Part shown: in pieces, positions 7,021-16,544 of the stretch | Layout of the letters: each line of letters begins with the position of its first letter | Numbering within the stretch: position 1 is the stretch's first letter | IMG/VR virus record: IMGVR_UViG_3300045988_114464 | Coordinates: 1-64,000 of that record | Length of the DNA: 64,000 bases | Origin: a virus | Reading direction: 5' to 3' (one strand) | Made by a program: the position numbers and the translations under genes | The notes under the pieces: generated by a model | The model's database searches: none | Told to the model about the DNA's origin: nothing | What the model saw: only the letters and a program-made list of their open reading frames with translations

Positions 7021-8134
7021 TTTCATCCTCCTGTTCTTCTTGCGAAATGCCATAGGTTACAATAAATTCCTTTACTGCCTTGGCAAATTCATCAATCTCG
7101 GCTTGTGTAGTAGGGGTAACACCACCATCAAAACTTAGTCGAATACATTCGCTTGCTTCTTTTTCAGAATAACCAGCGTGCATTAGTACGCGATAACGCT
7201 CCTTACCATCTTCACATGAACTGTGTCCTACGCCAATATAAATCCTCTTACTTGCGAGAAAAACCTGCAATGCGTCAGCGTATACACCGTTGATACGAAG
7301 GCACACAATATCAGTGATGTAATCTTCTGCGCCAGATAGAGCCATTGTACTGTACTTAACGCCTTGCTCAAATAGTGCATTTCTAACAGCGTTATCCCAT
7401 TCTTCTGTACAGCGATGATTATAATGCACTACACTACGCATAAGTGCATAAGCTGTACTTGTTGCACCAGCAACGTCAGGAGTACCGATATAATCAATAC
7501 CATTCAGCCATTCATTAAATCGGTCACTTACCCAAATAAAGCCTTGACCCTTTTCGCCATGAAATTTGTGAGCACTTGCGATAACGCAATCACAGAAATC
7601 TTCAAGATGCTCTGGAATGTCATACTTGCCAATGCTTGCGGTCATATCACAAACAAAAAAGCCGTTAAGTTCTCGCGTCACAGTGCCAATATCAGCAACA
7701 GGAAAAACTTCACCAGTGATATTAGAGACAAGCTGACAAAATGTGATAGGTGTCCTATTAAGACAACAATCTTTTACCACTTTTTTATCGCACAGTTCTT
7801 CAATATTATAAGCAAACACTGGATTGCTGGCAATACATTCGTGCTCATAGGGTGAACTCATCATACGATAATTCTTGTCTGGAACATCGTCATCGTCAAA
7901 GGCTTCAACCCAAGCGTCAGCAATCCTATCAAATAGATACTTAAACATCTTGCTTGCCGTACCGCCAAACACAACCTTGCCAGAACTTACACCAAGGGAA
8001 TGCTTTACGCTATTTTCTGCGTTAAATAGCGCTTCACGGCTCTCAGCACCATAAGGCGTGTTAGCGTTCAACCAAGAACAACTATAAGACGGGTACTTAG
8101 GGAAAGTGGTAGCCGCACTATCAAGATAAATCAT
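7007..8134 (-). CDS. class V aminotransferase / cysteine desulfurase-like PLP enzyme
   Basis: N-terminal IYLDSAATT and SAHKFHGEKG (SxHK PLP-lysine motif); about 375 aa. Confidence 0.6.
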   Translation of the reverse strand: MIYLDSAATTFPKYPSYSCSWLNANTPYGAESREALFNAENSVKHSLGVSSGKVVFGGTASKMFKYLFDRIADAWVEAFDDDDVPDKNYRMMSSPYEHECIASNPVFAYNIEELCDKKVVKDCCLNRTPITFCQLVSNITGEVFPVADIGTVTRELNGFFVCDMTASIGKYDIPEHLEDFCDCVIASAHKFHGEKGQGFIWVSDRFNEWLNGIDYIGTPDVAGATSTAYALMRSVVHYNHRCTEEWDNAVRNALFEQGVKYSTMALSGAEDYITDIVCLRINGVYADALQVFLASKRIYIGVGHSSCEDGKERYRVLMHAGYSEKEASECIRLSFDGGVTPTTQAEIDEFAKAVKEFIVTYGISQEEQEDENEGN

Positions 8135-8340
8135 TCGTCATCACCTCGTGTATTCAGTTCAATAAACAAATCAGCAAGAACCATAACTACAATATTAACG
8201 CCCCAGAAGATAACGCTGAAGCCCATTTCTATGGAAGATACATTAACAGACAAACTCTCTGTTTGCATTGCCATATCAGCCAGTTGGTACGCTGTTCTAA
8301 TACAGCCTATAAGCAGATAAATTAAAACAAAAAACCACAT
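8131..8340 (-). CDS. small membrane protein
   Basis: Two hydrophobic segments (MWFFVLIYLLIGCI, FSVIFWGVNIVVMVLADLFI). Start and stop overlap the neighbouring genes. Confidence 0.5.
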   Translation of the reverse strand: MWFFVLIYLLIGCIRTAYQLADMAMQTESLSVNVSSIEMGFSVIFWGVNIVVMVLADLFIELNTRGDDE

Positions 8341-8705
8341 TATTCGTTTTCTCCTAAATCCCTAATCATACAAAGTTGCTTGATATGCTTTACACCGTCC
8401 CTGTTAATAATGTCAATAAAATATGAATAGAACCAAATTTGGTGATTGTATTCGTAAGTGTACAAGAAGTGAATACTACCGTCTGCGGCAGTTACACTTT
8501 CGCTTGCCAGTAGCTTTCCGTTTCTATCCAGAACTTCGGGTGGCATGATAAGGTGAATCTGCTGTTCAGTGTAAACACGAGTTTCACCATCATCATAAGT
8601 AATCGTATACTTAATAACAGGCGAACTCATGCAATCAATATCAACAATCGTGCCAATACCATATGGTGTAGCTACACTACAACAATTTTCATAACGAACG
8701 TTCAT
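8340..8705 (-). CDS. hypothetical protein
   Basis: 121-aa ORF lying tightly against its neighbours. Confidence 0.5.
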   Translation of the reverse strand: MNVRYENCCSVATPYGIGTIVDIDCMSSPVIKYTITYDDGETRVYTEQQIHLIMPPEVLDRNGKLLASESVTAADGSIHFLYTYEYNHQIWFYSYFIDIINRDGVKHIKQLCMIRDLGENE

Positions 8706-8706
8706 A

Positions 8707-8871
8707 TTACTGCTCCTTTCTCCAATTAAACCAAGTTACATATCCCCAGCCACACGTTGCAATACCCCATAGAGTGCCAAGTAGAATTTGATTTAGTTGA
8801 AACTTCATGATTGTTTCTAACAGTGTGGCAATGAAGCCAGCCAATGATAGAACCCTTAGTGCGATTTTCAT
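8707..8871 (-). CDS. small membrane protein (not in ORF track)
   Basis: AAGGAGG SD followed by MKIALRVLSLAGFIATLLE...GIATCGWGYVTWFNWRKEQ. Confidence 0.45.
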   Translation of the reverse strand: MKIALRVLSLAGFIATLLETIMKFQLNQILLGTLWGIATCGWGYVTWFNWRKEQ

Positions 8872-8897
8872 AATTAGACCTCCTTAATATAATAGGA

Positions 8898-8946
8898 AAC
8901 GCTGTTCCTTTGTGATTATTGTATCACAGGAACAGCGTTTTGTCAA
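8898..8946 (-). promoter_or_regulatory. promoter with overlapping 12-bp inverted-repeat operator
   Basis: Minus sense: TTGACA (8941-8946), 17 nt, TACAAT (8918-8923). The perfect inverted repeat AACGCTGTTCCT (8898-8909) / AGGAACAGCGTT (8928-8939) brackets the -10. Confidence 0.6.
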
Positions 8947-8963
8947 TAAGGAATTATGAAATT

Positions 8964-9323
8964 TTATTGTAAAGTTCCAACTTCAAGCGCACTTACATAA
9001 TTATATAGCGTATAGTCAGCACCGTCATAAATAAATGAAACGTAATCGCTACCTGATGTTGCGATATAACCGTTACCTTGTGGACTTCCATCACTATTAT
9101 AACAATATACTAAAGTGCCTGTTCTTGAATAACTTCCCAATACGCTAATTTTAAGAAATGTAATATTTCCATCAATGTCTACAATTTTAAGATGACATTT
9201 TGAAACTTCTTCAGAAGTTAAACTTTTGTCAGAATAATCTTGTGATAAACTCATTGAATATAACTTTTTCCAAGTCATACTTCCAATGGGTGCTTCTTGC
9301 TTACCAGAAATAATTGCGTTCAT
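8964..9323 (-). CDS. type-A small paralog (MNAIISGKQEAPIGS...ALEVGTLQ)
   Basis: Clear similarity to 30648..31043 (MDAIVSGKVEKPEGS, FLKIVD, SLEIGTL). Confidence 0.7.
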   Translation of the reverse strand: MNAIISGKQEAPIGSMTWKKLYSMSLSQDYSDKSLTSEEVSKCHLKIVDIDGNITFLKISVLGSYSRTGTLVYCYNSDGSPQGNGYIATSGSDYVSFIYDGADYTLYNYVSALEVGTLQ

Positions 9324-9345
9324 GCAATCACCCCTTTTCTGGTGT

Positions 9346-9669
9346 TTAGAAGAAGCCTACTGCGAAAACCTTGCTTGCATTGACTGAAGATAATTTTATA
9401 TTTTTCCCAGAAAATTTTACATAAAATGAACTGGTTTGTGAACTTTCCAAAGCGTAATACACATAGCAATTGTCTGGAAACCATGCTATATTCGCGCTGT
9501 ATGCTGTATTTGAAGTGTACTTTTGAGGACTCCAAAGTGTTAGGCTTACAAAACTCGGCGCTTGGGAAAAAGAAAGCGTGACTTCTTGTTGATAGACTGC
9601 TTTTTCGAGATACTCTGCCGTCAGCCCGTTTTTCTGCTCTACAAATTCCTTCATTACTTTTGCATTCAT
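9346..9669 (-). CDS. type-B small paralog (full length)
   Basis: MNAKVMKEFVEQKNGLTAEY...; homologous to the fragment 1..135. Followed 22 nt later by its type-A partner. Confidence 0.65.
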   Translation of the reverse strand: MNAKVMKEFVEQKNGLTAEYLEKAVYQQEVTLSFSQAPSFVSLTLWSPQKYTSNTAYSANIAWFPDNCYVYYALESSQTSSFYVKFSGKNIKLSSVNASKVFAVGFF

Positions 9670-9809
9670 TTAATCTGCCCCCCCCAACTCGCGCCAAGGT
9701 TGACAGATTACAGCTTACATCACCGTGTAAGCCCCCCCCAAGTGAAGCGGAGGTTTGGTAAATTGAACATATAAATGTCCTCCTTTAATTTATATTATGA
9801 GGAAATTCC
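9670..9809 (-). promoter_or_regulatory. double G-tract leader element F (F2 with mini-ORF 9720..9770, then F1)
   Basis: AAAGGAGG-8nt-ATG mini-ORF encoding MFNLPNLRFTWGGLTR. C8 at 9732-9739 (F2) and C8 at 9678-9685 (F1). F1 reads GTTGGGGGGGGCAGATTAA-ATG, like element A. Confidence 0.75.
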
Positions 9810-11348
9810 TCACTTTAACTTAGGTTTTGGAATTGATACAAATTTATTGTAAGAATCACATACAAAGAAATCAGTATTACGCATAGTACCCATGTCAAAA
9901 TAATGAAATATCTTGAGTTTACGGTCTTGATATTCGCCAAATCGTGACTTGTAAATATAGGTGATACGATTAGGAACAAGTGTACTGTTTAGACCCTTTT
10001 CCTTTTGGTGCTTAATAAACGGCTCTACCAGCTTCATTTCCTTGTTGCGGTCTTTAGCTGGTAAGATAACACAGCCAAAGTCAACCTTGGTTCTTGAAGC
10101 CTTAGAAGAAGAAATACAGCTTTCGTCAGGGAAATCTAATTGCTTCTCATTGCCATTGGTTTGCGTCATTGTAAGCAAGCCAACATTGTACTTCTCTGCG
10201 TATGCTTTAAGGTCTGTTGCCAGTCCTCGTAGTGCCATATCTTCACGCGCTTGTACACCTGTATTTGCACGATACTCCATAGACAATGCGCTGTTAAGCA
10301 TCATGTAGTCGAAACAGCCGTACACTGCGCCATATCCTTCTACACACTCTTTAATCTTACGGTCGATATTAGCCGATGTAAAATCAGGCATATCAATCAA
10401 TCTAAGGTCGCAGTTCTTGATAATCTCTGCGGCTTTGATAACTCGCTTGCGCTCTTCTTCAGTACACTTACCCATAGTGATTGTGTTTGAAGGCACATTG
10501 GCTACACACGCAAGAAACATAGGTTGCATTTCTGTACGCTGTGCTAACTCAGTGTGGATAAAGAATCCTGCGCCTTGATAATTGGGATTGGGGATAAAGT
10601 CTTGCGCTTCATCGTCCCACATTTGGTCTACGCAAAGACCGCAAATATCGGCTACTGCCATTCTGGACTTTCCAACTCCCGAGGGCATTGACCGCATAAA
10701 CAAGTGTCCACGATTAAATCCATGCGCTAATTCCGTTTGATAAGGTGAATACAAGAACGCGCCATAAGACGGCTTTTCATCAAACTCAGCAAGCAATCCT
10801 TCAATATCTTCGCCTACTGTCATTTCTTCGCGCACATACTTGCTATCGTACTTTGTTCTTAGGCTATTTGCTTTATATTCAACAGCATTAAGAATCTGCT
10901 CAATAGTCAGCTTTTCCAGCTTTGCACGTTCATCGGATTCATTGCCAAGCGTATCATAAAATTCTTTAATATCCATGCCTTGTTCATCAAGTTCTCTTAG
11001 CAAAGCAAACTTGCGGATAACAGAATAATAATATTCATAGTTATCTGGGTTTGCCAATTCCTTTACCGTGTAAATAAAATCAAGATAATTGTTGTCTCGA
11101 CAAATCTCCATTTGTGGAACATGATTCTGAAGTACAGATTCAATTTCAACTTCTGTAATTTCGCCTACGCCACTTCTTGCCAACTTTGCAATGCACACAA
11201 AGATGACTTGATGAAAGTTTGATGGAGCAAATGTGGCTTTATCCAACGGATATTCTGGTAATGACAGCAACTGTGGTCGCTTCATTAAACTGCCAAGCAT
11301 CAATGATGCAAGGTTTACATCATAAAGTTCCATCGGAATCAACCCCAA
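9810..11348 (-). CDS. DnaB-like replicative helicase
   Basis: Walker A SMPSGVGKSR within a RecA-like C-terminal half; helical N-terminal domain; about 510 aa. The true start is probably an internal ATG (MELYDVN). Confidence 0.65.
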   Translation of the reverse strand: MGLIPMELYDVNLASLMLGSLMKRPQLLSLPEYPLDKATFAPSNFHQVIFVCIAKLARSGVGEITEVEIESVLQNHVPQMEICRDNNYLDFIYTVKELANPDNYEYYYSVIRKFALLRELDEQGMDIKEFYDTLGNESDERAKLEKLTIEQILNAVEYKANSLRTKYDSKYVREEMTVGEDIEGLLAEFDEKPSYGAFLYSPYQTELAHGFNRGHLFMRSMPSGVGKSRMAVADICGLCVDQMWDDEAQDFIPNPNYQGAGFFIHTELAQRTEMQPMFLACVANVPSNTITMGKCTEEERKRVIKAAEIIKNCDLRLIDMPDFTSANIDRKIKECVEGYGAVYGCFDYMMLNSALSMEYRANTGVQAREDMALRGLATDLKAYAEKYNVGLLTMTQTNGNEKQLDFPDESCISSSKASRTKVDFGCVILPAKDRNKEMKLVEPFIKHQKEKGLNSTLVPNRITYIYKSRFGEYQDRKLKIFHYFDMGTMRNTDFFVCDSYNKFVSIPKPKLK

Positions 11349-11421
11349 TCTGCTTTGTCATTTACTGCTATCAAAAAAGCAATAGCAATGATTAAAATAA
11401 ACCATTTTGCCATTTCTGTCA

Positions 11422-11991
11422 TTAAAAATCAACTGCCTTCACATTGTAGTTAGTTCGGTTTCCATCTCGCTCGATTTCTACAGTTTCTTCTTCGGGCAGA
11501 ACAAACGTCTTATTTGCCTTCAGCTTTTCCATGAACTGATAAAACGGCTCAATATATCGAGGGAAAAACTGTGTCAAGCTAATCTTCGGGTCGAACTGGT
11601 GATTATCATACATCAGTGCATATACTATTATACCACGAAGCTGAGAATAGTCAAGACCAAATTTCTCCATATAGTTGCTGGCTTGACGTTGCCACAATGG
11701 GAAGTTACGGCAATCTTCTGGATATGTTACGTTAAGCAAATCCAAGAACTTACGATATTCACCATCACCATTATCTCGCATATCTTTTTGGCGTTGCTTC
11801 TCTTCGCGCTTTTGTCGTGCTTTTTCTTCACGCGCTCTTGCTTTGGTTTCGTCTTGAATTTGACGTTCTTCTGCCTTGGCAAGTAAGTATGCGTCATAGC
11901 ACTCTTGACTGCAAAAATGGTTCGTTTTATAACGCTTACCATTATATCGCTGACCTCTGGGGATGTCTACCCCACATACGTCACAAGTCAC
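11422..11991 (-). CDS. hypothetical protein with N-terminal zinc finger
   Basis: CDVCG...CSQEC, a charged coiled segment, then a C-terminal globular part. Confidence 0.5.
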   Translation of the reverse strand: MTCDVCGVDIPRGQRYNGKRYKTNHFCSQECYDAYLLAKAEERQIQDETKARAREEKARQKREEKQRQKDMRDNGDGEYRKFLDLLNVTYPEDCRNFPLWQRQASNYMEKFGLDYSQLRGIIVYALMYDNHQFDPKISLTQFFPRYIEPFYQFMEKLKANKTFVLPEEETVEIERDGNRTNYNVKAVDF

Positions 11992-12079
11992 ATTTGTTCA
12001 CCTCCAATACAAAGACCGTAGCTATCTCTAACCACGGTCTTAGTATATCACATATTTATCAGTTTGTCAAGAAAAATTT

Positions 12080-13132
12080 TTAATCTTCTACAATAATTCC
12101 CATATCACAAGCAAAAGTTACAAGCTGATTATAGATATTCTCAAGTTCAACGAGATTGTCATTAGTGCATTCGCTAATCTTGTGACCTTCACCAAGTTCA
12201 ACGGCAATAACTTCCTTAACCTTCTCTGGATACTTATGACCAACAGCGGCGAAGTAAGGCTTAATCATGGCAATCCATGTATCCTTGTCATAGCCGTCAT
12301 GGCTTTCAGTCCAATCAGACAGTTCAGCGCCTTCTTCCTTTGCGGAACGCTCAATAGCCTTAGTAATGGCTTCTTCAAGTCCCTTTGCGGTAAACGGCTT
12401 AATGTAAGTCTGTACAGCATAACGAGAACGAGCGAATACGGTCTTTGTCTGCTTGCAAATAGCAGTAGAAGGAATTACATCACCATTTTCATCAATACCG
12501 TTTGGCTTCAAGTAGAAACAGAAATCGCAAATATCACGGACAAAACGAGTAGAGGACTTGATATTATTAGTGCCCTTTGGCTGAGTAAATTCAAACTTCT
12601 CGCCAGAAATCTCGTCAGCGACTTCAATCTTTTCTTCGTGACCAATAAATACAACTGTATAGCCAACAGAACATAGACGGTTAATCTGTGTGCGAAAATC
12701 CTTACGATAAATAGAATAGCCATTCTGCTTACCAGTAATCTCACTTAGGTCGCGTACACCAAATTCTTGACAAACAGAATTTTCAGCCAATTCTACAAGG
12801 TTTTCAACGGGGTCAATAACGATTGTCTGGAATTTACGTTGCATAATCTTCCAAGATTCAATTTTTTCTCCCTTGTTCTCTGGGTCATCAATCAGCTTAT
12901 CATTGACAAGCTGATTGATAAAATCCTTAAATACACTCCAACGAGTGACTGGGGTCTTATAACATTTTACACCATTACCACCCGGCTCAAGCATAAGCAA
13001 TAGTGGCTTGGGAAGTTTAGAACAAACATAGCTTTTGCCTGTACCATTTGTTCCGTATAGGTAAATTTTCTGACCCTTAATAGAACCAACGATTGATTCT
13101 TCTTTAAGGTCTAATAGATTAACTTTAGCCAT
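12080..13132 (-). CDS. AAA/RecA-like ATPase (Sak4/AAA_24-like)
   Basis: Walker A LYGTNGTGKS and Walker B TIVIDPVE; located in the replication/recombination block. Confidence 0.6.
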   Translation of the reverse strand: MAKVNLLDLKEESIVGSIKGQKIYLYGTNGTGKSYVCSKLPKPLLLMLEPGGNGVKCYKTPVTRWSVFKDFINQLVNDKLIDDPENKGEKIESWKIMQRKFQTIVIDPVENLVELAENSVCQEFGVRDLSEITGKQNGYSIYRKDFRTQINRLCSVGYTVVFIGHEEKIEVADEISGEKFEFTQPKGTNNIKSSTRFVRDICDFCFYLKPNGIDENGDVIPSTAICKQTKTVFARSRYAVQTYIKPFTAKGLEEAITKAIERSAKEEGAELSDWTESHDGYDKDTWIAMIKPYFAAVGHKYPEKVKEVIAVELGEGHKISECTNDNLVELENIYNQLVTFACDMGIIVED

Positions 13133-13149
13133 TGGGATTCACCTCTTGA

Positions 13150-14265
13150 TTAAAACTCAATGTTATCAATGTCGTATGGGTCGCCATCTGGTACTGGGTC
13201 TGCAATCGGCTTCTCCTTCTGAGCGGATGCAACTGCCTTTGCCTTGGCACGAGCCTTGCTACTGTTGAATGCAGAATTGCCAGAGGTAGGAGCGCTATTC
13301 TGCTGTGGCTTGCCCTTAATTGCTTCAGCTTCAAGTGCTTCAACCTTTTCCTTACGAACCTTTAGAGCCGCCTTAATGATTTCTGGGTCAAGCCACATAG
13401 TATCAATAGCGACTTCATCGCCCTCTTCATCAGTATAGGTCTTTTCTTCTGGCTCTTCGACCTGCATTGGGTCAATCTCACGCAGTACCATAATACTACG
13501 GTACATAGAGTTATTGTTCTCGGACGGGTCATCGCCAGTACGAGCCTTCTTGCCAATAACACGACCCTTAGTAGGCTTCTTAACTTCGACCTGCTGACCC
13601 ATAGCATTAACAAGTTCCATCTTTAGATTAGAACGAGTCTGTGCTGGCTCAAAAGCGTCAAAATCGCTGTCACCTTCAAGGATAAGTTCGCCCGCATCTT
13701 CATCGGTGGTAATCTCAATCGGGAATACCTCGCCATTATAAGTAACGCCAAGCATCTTAATTAGCGCACGACCAGTTTCTTCATCGTTTACAATCTCAGG
13801 AGCAACCTTAGTTACAAAACCGTTCTTTAGATTGATATTGAAGAAATCTTCTACATCGTCTGGTACGTTAGTAGATGCAGAACGAATGCTGTAACGCAGA
13901 GAATAACCTGCCTTCTTTTCCTTGTAAGAAGGATAATCGTTCGGCTGAATCTCGCCCTTAATACGGACACGAGTAGCAGGGATATTGGAATTGCCGTTAA
14001 TCATCGGATTCCATTCCATCATGGATTGTGCCATACCCCACTGACGCGCTTCACTGCCATCAAAACCGACAGAAGGGAAGTATGCTCGAAGGGTAGTAAT
14101 CAGATTATTGGTCTTAATTGCTACAGTGCCACGGACTACCTGACATGGTACGGTTTCCTGACCGTGGTTAATCTTCTGCGTACCGTCAACCAGTTCAAGT
14201 TTTAACTCGCTTACAGTTCCCACACAAGCAAATACAAAATCGGTCTTATTTAGTGTCGTTTCCAT
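13150..14265 (-). CDS. putative single-stranded DNA-binding protein
   Basis: The acidic C-terminal tip DPYDIDNIEF resembles SSB tails. Sits next to the ATPase. No other motif recognised. Confidence 0.35.
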   Translation of the reverse strand: METTLNKTDFVFACVGTVSELKLELVDGTQKINHGQETVPCQVVRGTVAIKTNNLITTLRAYFPSVGFDGSEARQWGMAQSMMEWNPMINGNSNIPATRVRIKGEIQPNDYPSYKEKKAGYSLRYSIRSASTNVPDDVEDFFNINLKNGFVTKVAPEIVNDEETGRALIKMLGVTYNGEVFPIEITTDEDAGELILEGDSDFDAFEPAQTRSNLKMELVNAMGQQVEVKKPTKGRVIGKKARTGDDPSENNNSMYRSIMVLREIDPMQVEEPEEKTYTDEEGDEVAIDTMWLDPEIIKAALKVRKEKVEALEAEAIKGKPQQNSAPTSGNSAFNSSKARAKAKAVASAQKEKPIADPVPDGDPYDIDNIEF

Positions 14266-14322
14266 AAATAAATCTCCTTATTAAATAAATGAAAATAAAT
14301 ATTATAAGCGGGTTAAACCCGA

Positions 14323-14574
14323 TTATTTCTTGTTTGCGATAATATCTTCAATAGAATCCATCGCTTCAAGCGTCTTGCTATCCATACTTAGCTTCTTCTG
14401 AATACGTTCAGCTTCAGCGTTAAAATATTCAATAGCGTCCTTCTTATTCATCTTGTTGGCAATGCGCTTAGAAGCAATCATCGCCGCACAATAGCCAATA
14501 AGAATACCAATGTTGCGCTGTTCAGTGAAACGCTTGGTTAGTTCTTCCTTGAGTACAGTCTGAAAATCGTCCAT
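14323..14574 (-). CDS. hypothetical protein
   Basis: 83-aa ORF. Confidence 0.45.
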   Translation of the reverse strand: MDDFQTVLKEELTKRFTEQRNIGILIGYCAAMIASKRIANKMNKKDAIEYFNAEAERIQKKLSMDSKTLEAMDSIEDIIANKK

Positions 14575-15185
14575 TACTGCACCTTCTTTAGACCCTTTCG
14601 GTCAATAAGAAAATACTTCTTGTTCTGTTCATTAACAATTAGATAGACTTCCTTAGTCTGCTCAAAAACAGCGGAATCAACAACACGAAATGTGCCAGAA
14701 TCATAATTTGACAGTCTCCCGCCCCAATCAAGAAGAATATCATTTGCCAACTTTGTATTACCTAAGTCGCGCTGTGCATTGGCAAACGTAACAATCCAAT
14801 CACGAGCCGTTGGGTAACACCAACCGTGGTCTACTACTGTTACCTTATCAGTAACCAAAATCTCGTCCTTATGCTCAAGGTAATCGTTCAGTACCCAACC
14901 AGCGTCAAACTTATCGTCTGGATGGCACTTGTAACTCTTGCTCTTATCGCGGTTTTTCCCGTAGAAATGCACCGCATCTTCAAAGCCAACAGGAGTGATA
15001 AGGGTTTCATTGCCGTTAATCGTCACCATATAAGTGCCTTCAATTTCATTGGGTGTTTTGTTCTTGTCCATTGTTTTTACCTCCGTTTTGTTGTCTGTGT
15101 TATTTTTGCGTGGATAAACTCTAAGCAACGTATCGTCATACCATGATTCACACCATTCTTCGTAAAGTTTCATCCATTCTTTCAT
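14574..15185 (-). CDS. hypothetical protein
   Basis: 203-aa ORF with start and stop overlapping its neighbours. Confidence 0.5.
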   Translation of the reverse strand: MKEWMKLYEEWCESWYDDTLLRVYPRKNNTDNKTEVKTMDKNKTPNEIEGTYMVTINGNETLITPVGFEDAVHFYGKNRDKSKSYKCHPDDKFDAGWVLNDYLEHKDEILVTDKVTVVDHGWCYPTARDWIVTFANAQRDLGNTKLANDILLDWGGRLSNYDSGTFRVVDSAVFEQTKEVYLIVNEQNKKYFLIDRKGLKKVQ

Positions 15186-16021
15186 TAGAACACCAGTCCC
15201 TTCATAGCTTCGTTAATCTGAGCCTGTTCATGCTTAATGTAACGAGTAGTAGTAGCGATAGAATTATGCCCCAACATTGCACTAATAGTTGCTACACCTA
15301 CGCCATTAGCATTAGCAATAGTAGCCGCTCCCGCTCTAAGCGCATGATTAGTGATTTCATTCCAGAACGGAATGCCAGCACGCTTTGCAGTCAGCTTCAG
15401 CATCTTGTTAAGATTGCTATTATCAAGATGTTCACCACGCTCAGAAGTGAACAAATACTCACCGTCTGCACGCTCAAACTTGATATAGTTATCAATGCTT
15501 TCCTTTGCCTGTTCGTTGACGTAAATCGTGCGTTCCTTCGCACCCTTACCGAGAATAACAATCTGATTATCAATCATGTTATTGTAGTCCTCAAAAGTGA
15601 TGGAAGTCAACTCGCTGAAACGAAGTCCAGTAGAGCAATACAGAGCAATAACTGCAATATCTCTGAACTTTTTGCAGTTGTGAAGCATCTTGCTTACATC
15701 TTCTGCGGAGATATAATGCTTTTCCTTATTCTTAATCTTAGGAGAAGTAAGGTCAAGAGCAGGATTCTCATTGATAACCTTGGCAGAAGTCAGAAACTTG
15801 AAGTAATTCCTAACTGCACTAATCTGGATGTTCATGGACGCGGTAGACAGATTGCTGATAGACGCTTTCCATGCAGTCAAGTCGAGAAAAGAGATTTCTT
15901 CGACAGGCTTATTAACGAATGCCAGCATCTTATCTACATAAAGCAGATAGTTCTTGATGGTGTTTGCAGATTTCTTGTCTGCAACCAAAGAAGCCTTATA
16001 ATACTCGTTAATGTTAGTCAT
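15185..16021 (-). CDS. tyrosine recombinase / integrase (XerC/D-like)
   Basis: LYCSTGLRFSEL (catalytic Arg), HALRAGAATIA (HxxR) and LGHNSIATTTRYI (His...Tyr). Start is the ATG after GGAGAG (MTNINEYY). Confidence 0.8.
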   Translation of the reverse strand: MTNINEYYKASLVADKKSANTIKNYLLYVDKMLAFVNKPVEEISFLDLTAWKASISNLSTASMNIQISAVRNYFKFLTSAKVINENPALDLTSPKIKNKEKHYISAEDVSKMLHNCKKFRDIAVIALYCSTGLRFSELTSITFEDYNNMIDNQIVILGKGAKERTIYVNEQAKESIDNYIKFERADGEYLFTSERGEHLDNSNLNKMLKLTAKRAGIPFWNEITNHALRAGAATIANANGVGVATISAMLGHNSIATTTRYIKHEQAQINEAMKGLVF

Positions 16022-16084
16022 TGAAATCTCTCCTTCGTTTCTTGATGTGCTTATTGTAACACGGCACAAGCCAAAAGTCAATAG

Positions 16085-16141
16085 GTTTTTTCAAAAAATC
16101 AGAAAAGAATTTCCCACCCTCGGCAGGTATGAGGGTGGGAA
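16085..16141 (-). terminator. rho-independent terminator after the tRNA cluster
   Basis: 11-bp stem TTCCCACCCTC/GAGGGTGGGAA (16111-16141), followed in minus sense by a T-rich tract. Confidence 0.6.
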
Positions 16142-16199
16142 TTAAAATGGAGGTGAAAACCATGAAAGGCAAATGCCTTTCTTATGGCACAGATATGGG

Positions 16200-16274
16200 T
16201 GGCACAAGACTTAGGACTTTAACCTAAACGAACAGTTTTGGAGACTGTCATGCTAACAATTACATCAGTCTTGC
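16200..16274 (-). tRNA. tRNA-Trp (CCA)
   Basis: Hand-folded cloverleaf: acceptor GCAAGAC/GTCTTGT, anticodon stem ACAGT/ACTGT, loop CTCCAAA, T arm TTAGG-TTAAAGT-CCTAA, encoded CCA. Confidence 0.75.
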
Positions 16275-16277
16275 GTA

Positions 16278-16352
16278 TGGAGCGCTATGGCGTAATCGAA
16301 ACGCCATCTTCAGTTTGGAAAACTGAGGTTCTTACCATTAAACTAATAGCGC
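16278..16352 (-). tRNA. tRNA-Gly (UCC)
   Basis: Acceptor GCGCTAT/ATAGCGC, anticodon stem TCAGT/ACTGA, loop TTTCCAA, T arm GGCGT-TTCGATT-ACGCC, encoded CCA. Confidence 0.8.
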
Positions 16353-16468
16353 AAATCGCCCCGCGACCAAAAGGTACGTCATGCGCGCTTGACTTGTTTT
16401 CCACTGGGAATCGCAGTACAGTCATGGGCTAAACCGCAATAAGCGTGAACTTAACAAACGGGGAACAC

Positions 16469-16544
16469 TGGCAGGGATGGTGTGATTCGGACACACGAAT
16501 GTCGGCTTCAAAGACCGATGCCTTGACCGCTTGGCTACACCCCT
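16469..16544 (-). tRNA. tRNA-Gln (UUG)
   Basis: Acceptor AGGGGTG/CATCCCT, anticodon stem TCGGT/GCCGA, loop CTTTGAA, T arm GTGTG-TCCGAAT-CACAC, encoded CCA. Confidence 0.75.

Noticed and set aside
15143-16024. 293-aa plus-strand ORF.
   Set aside because: It is antisense to the tyrosine recombinase gene, which has clear catalytic motifs. It has no motif or SD of its own.
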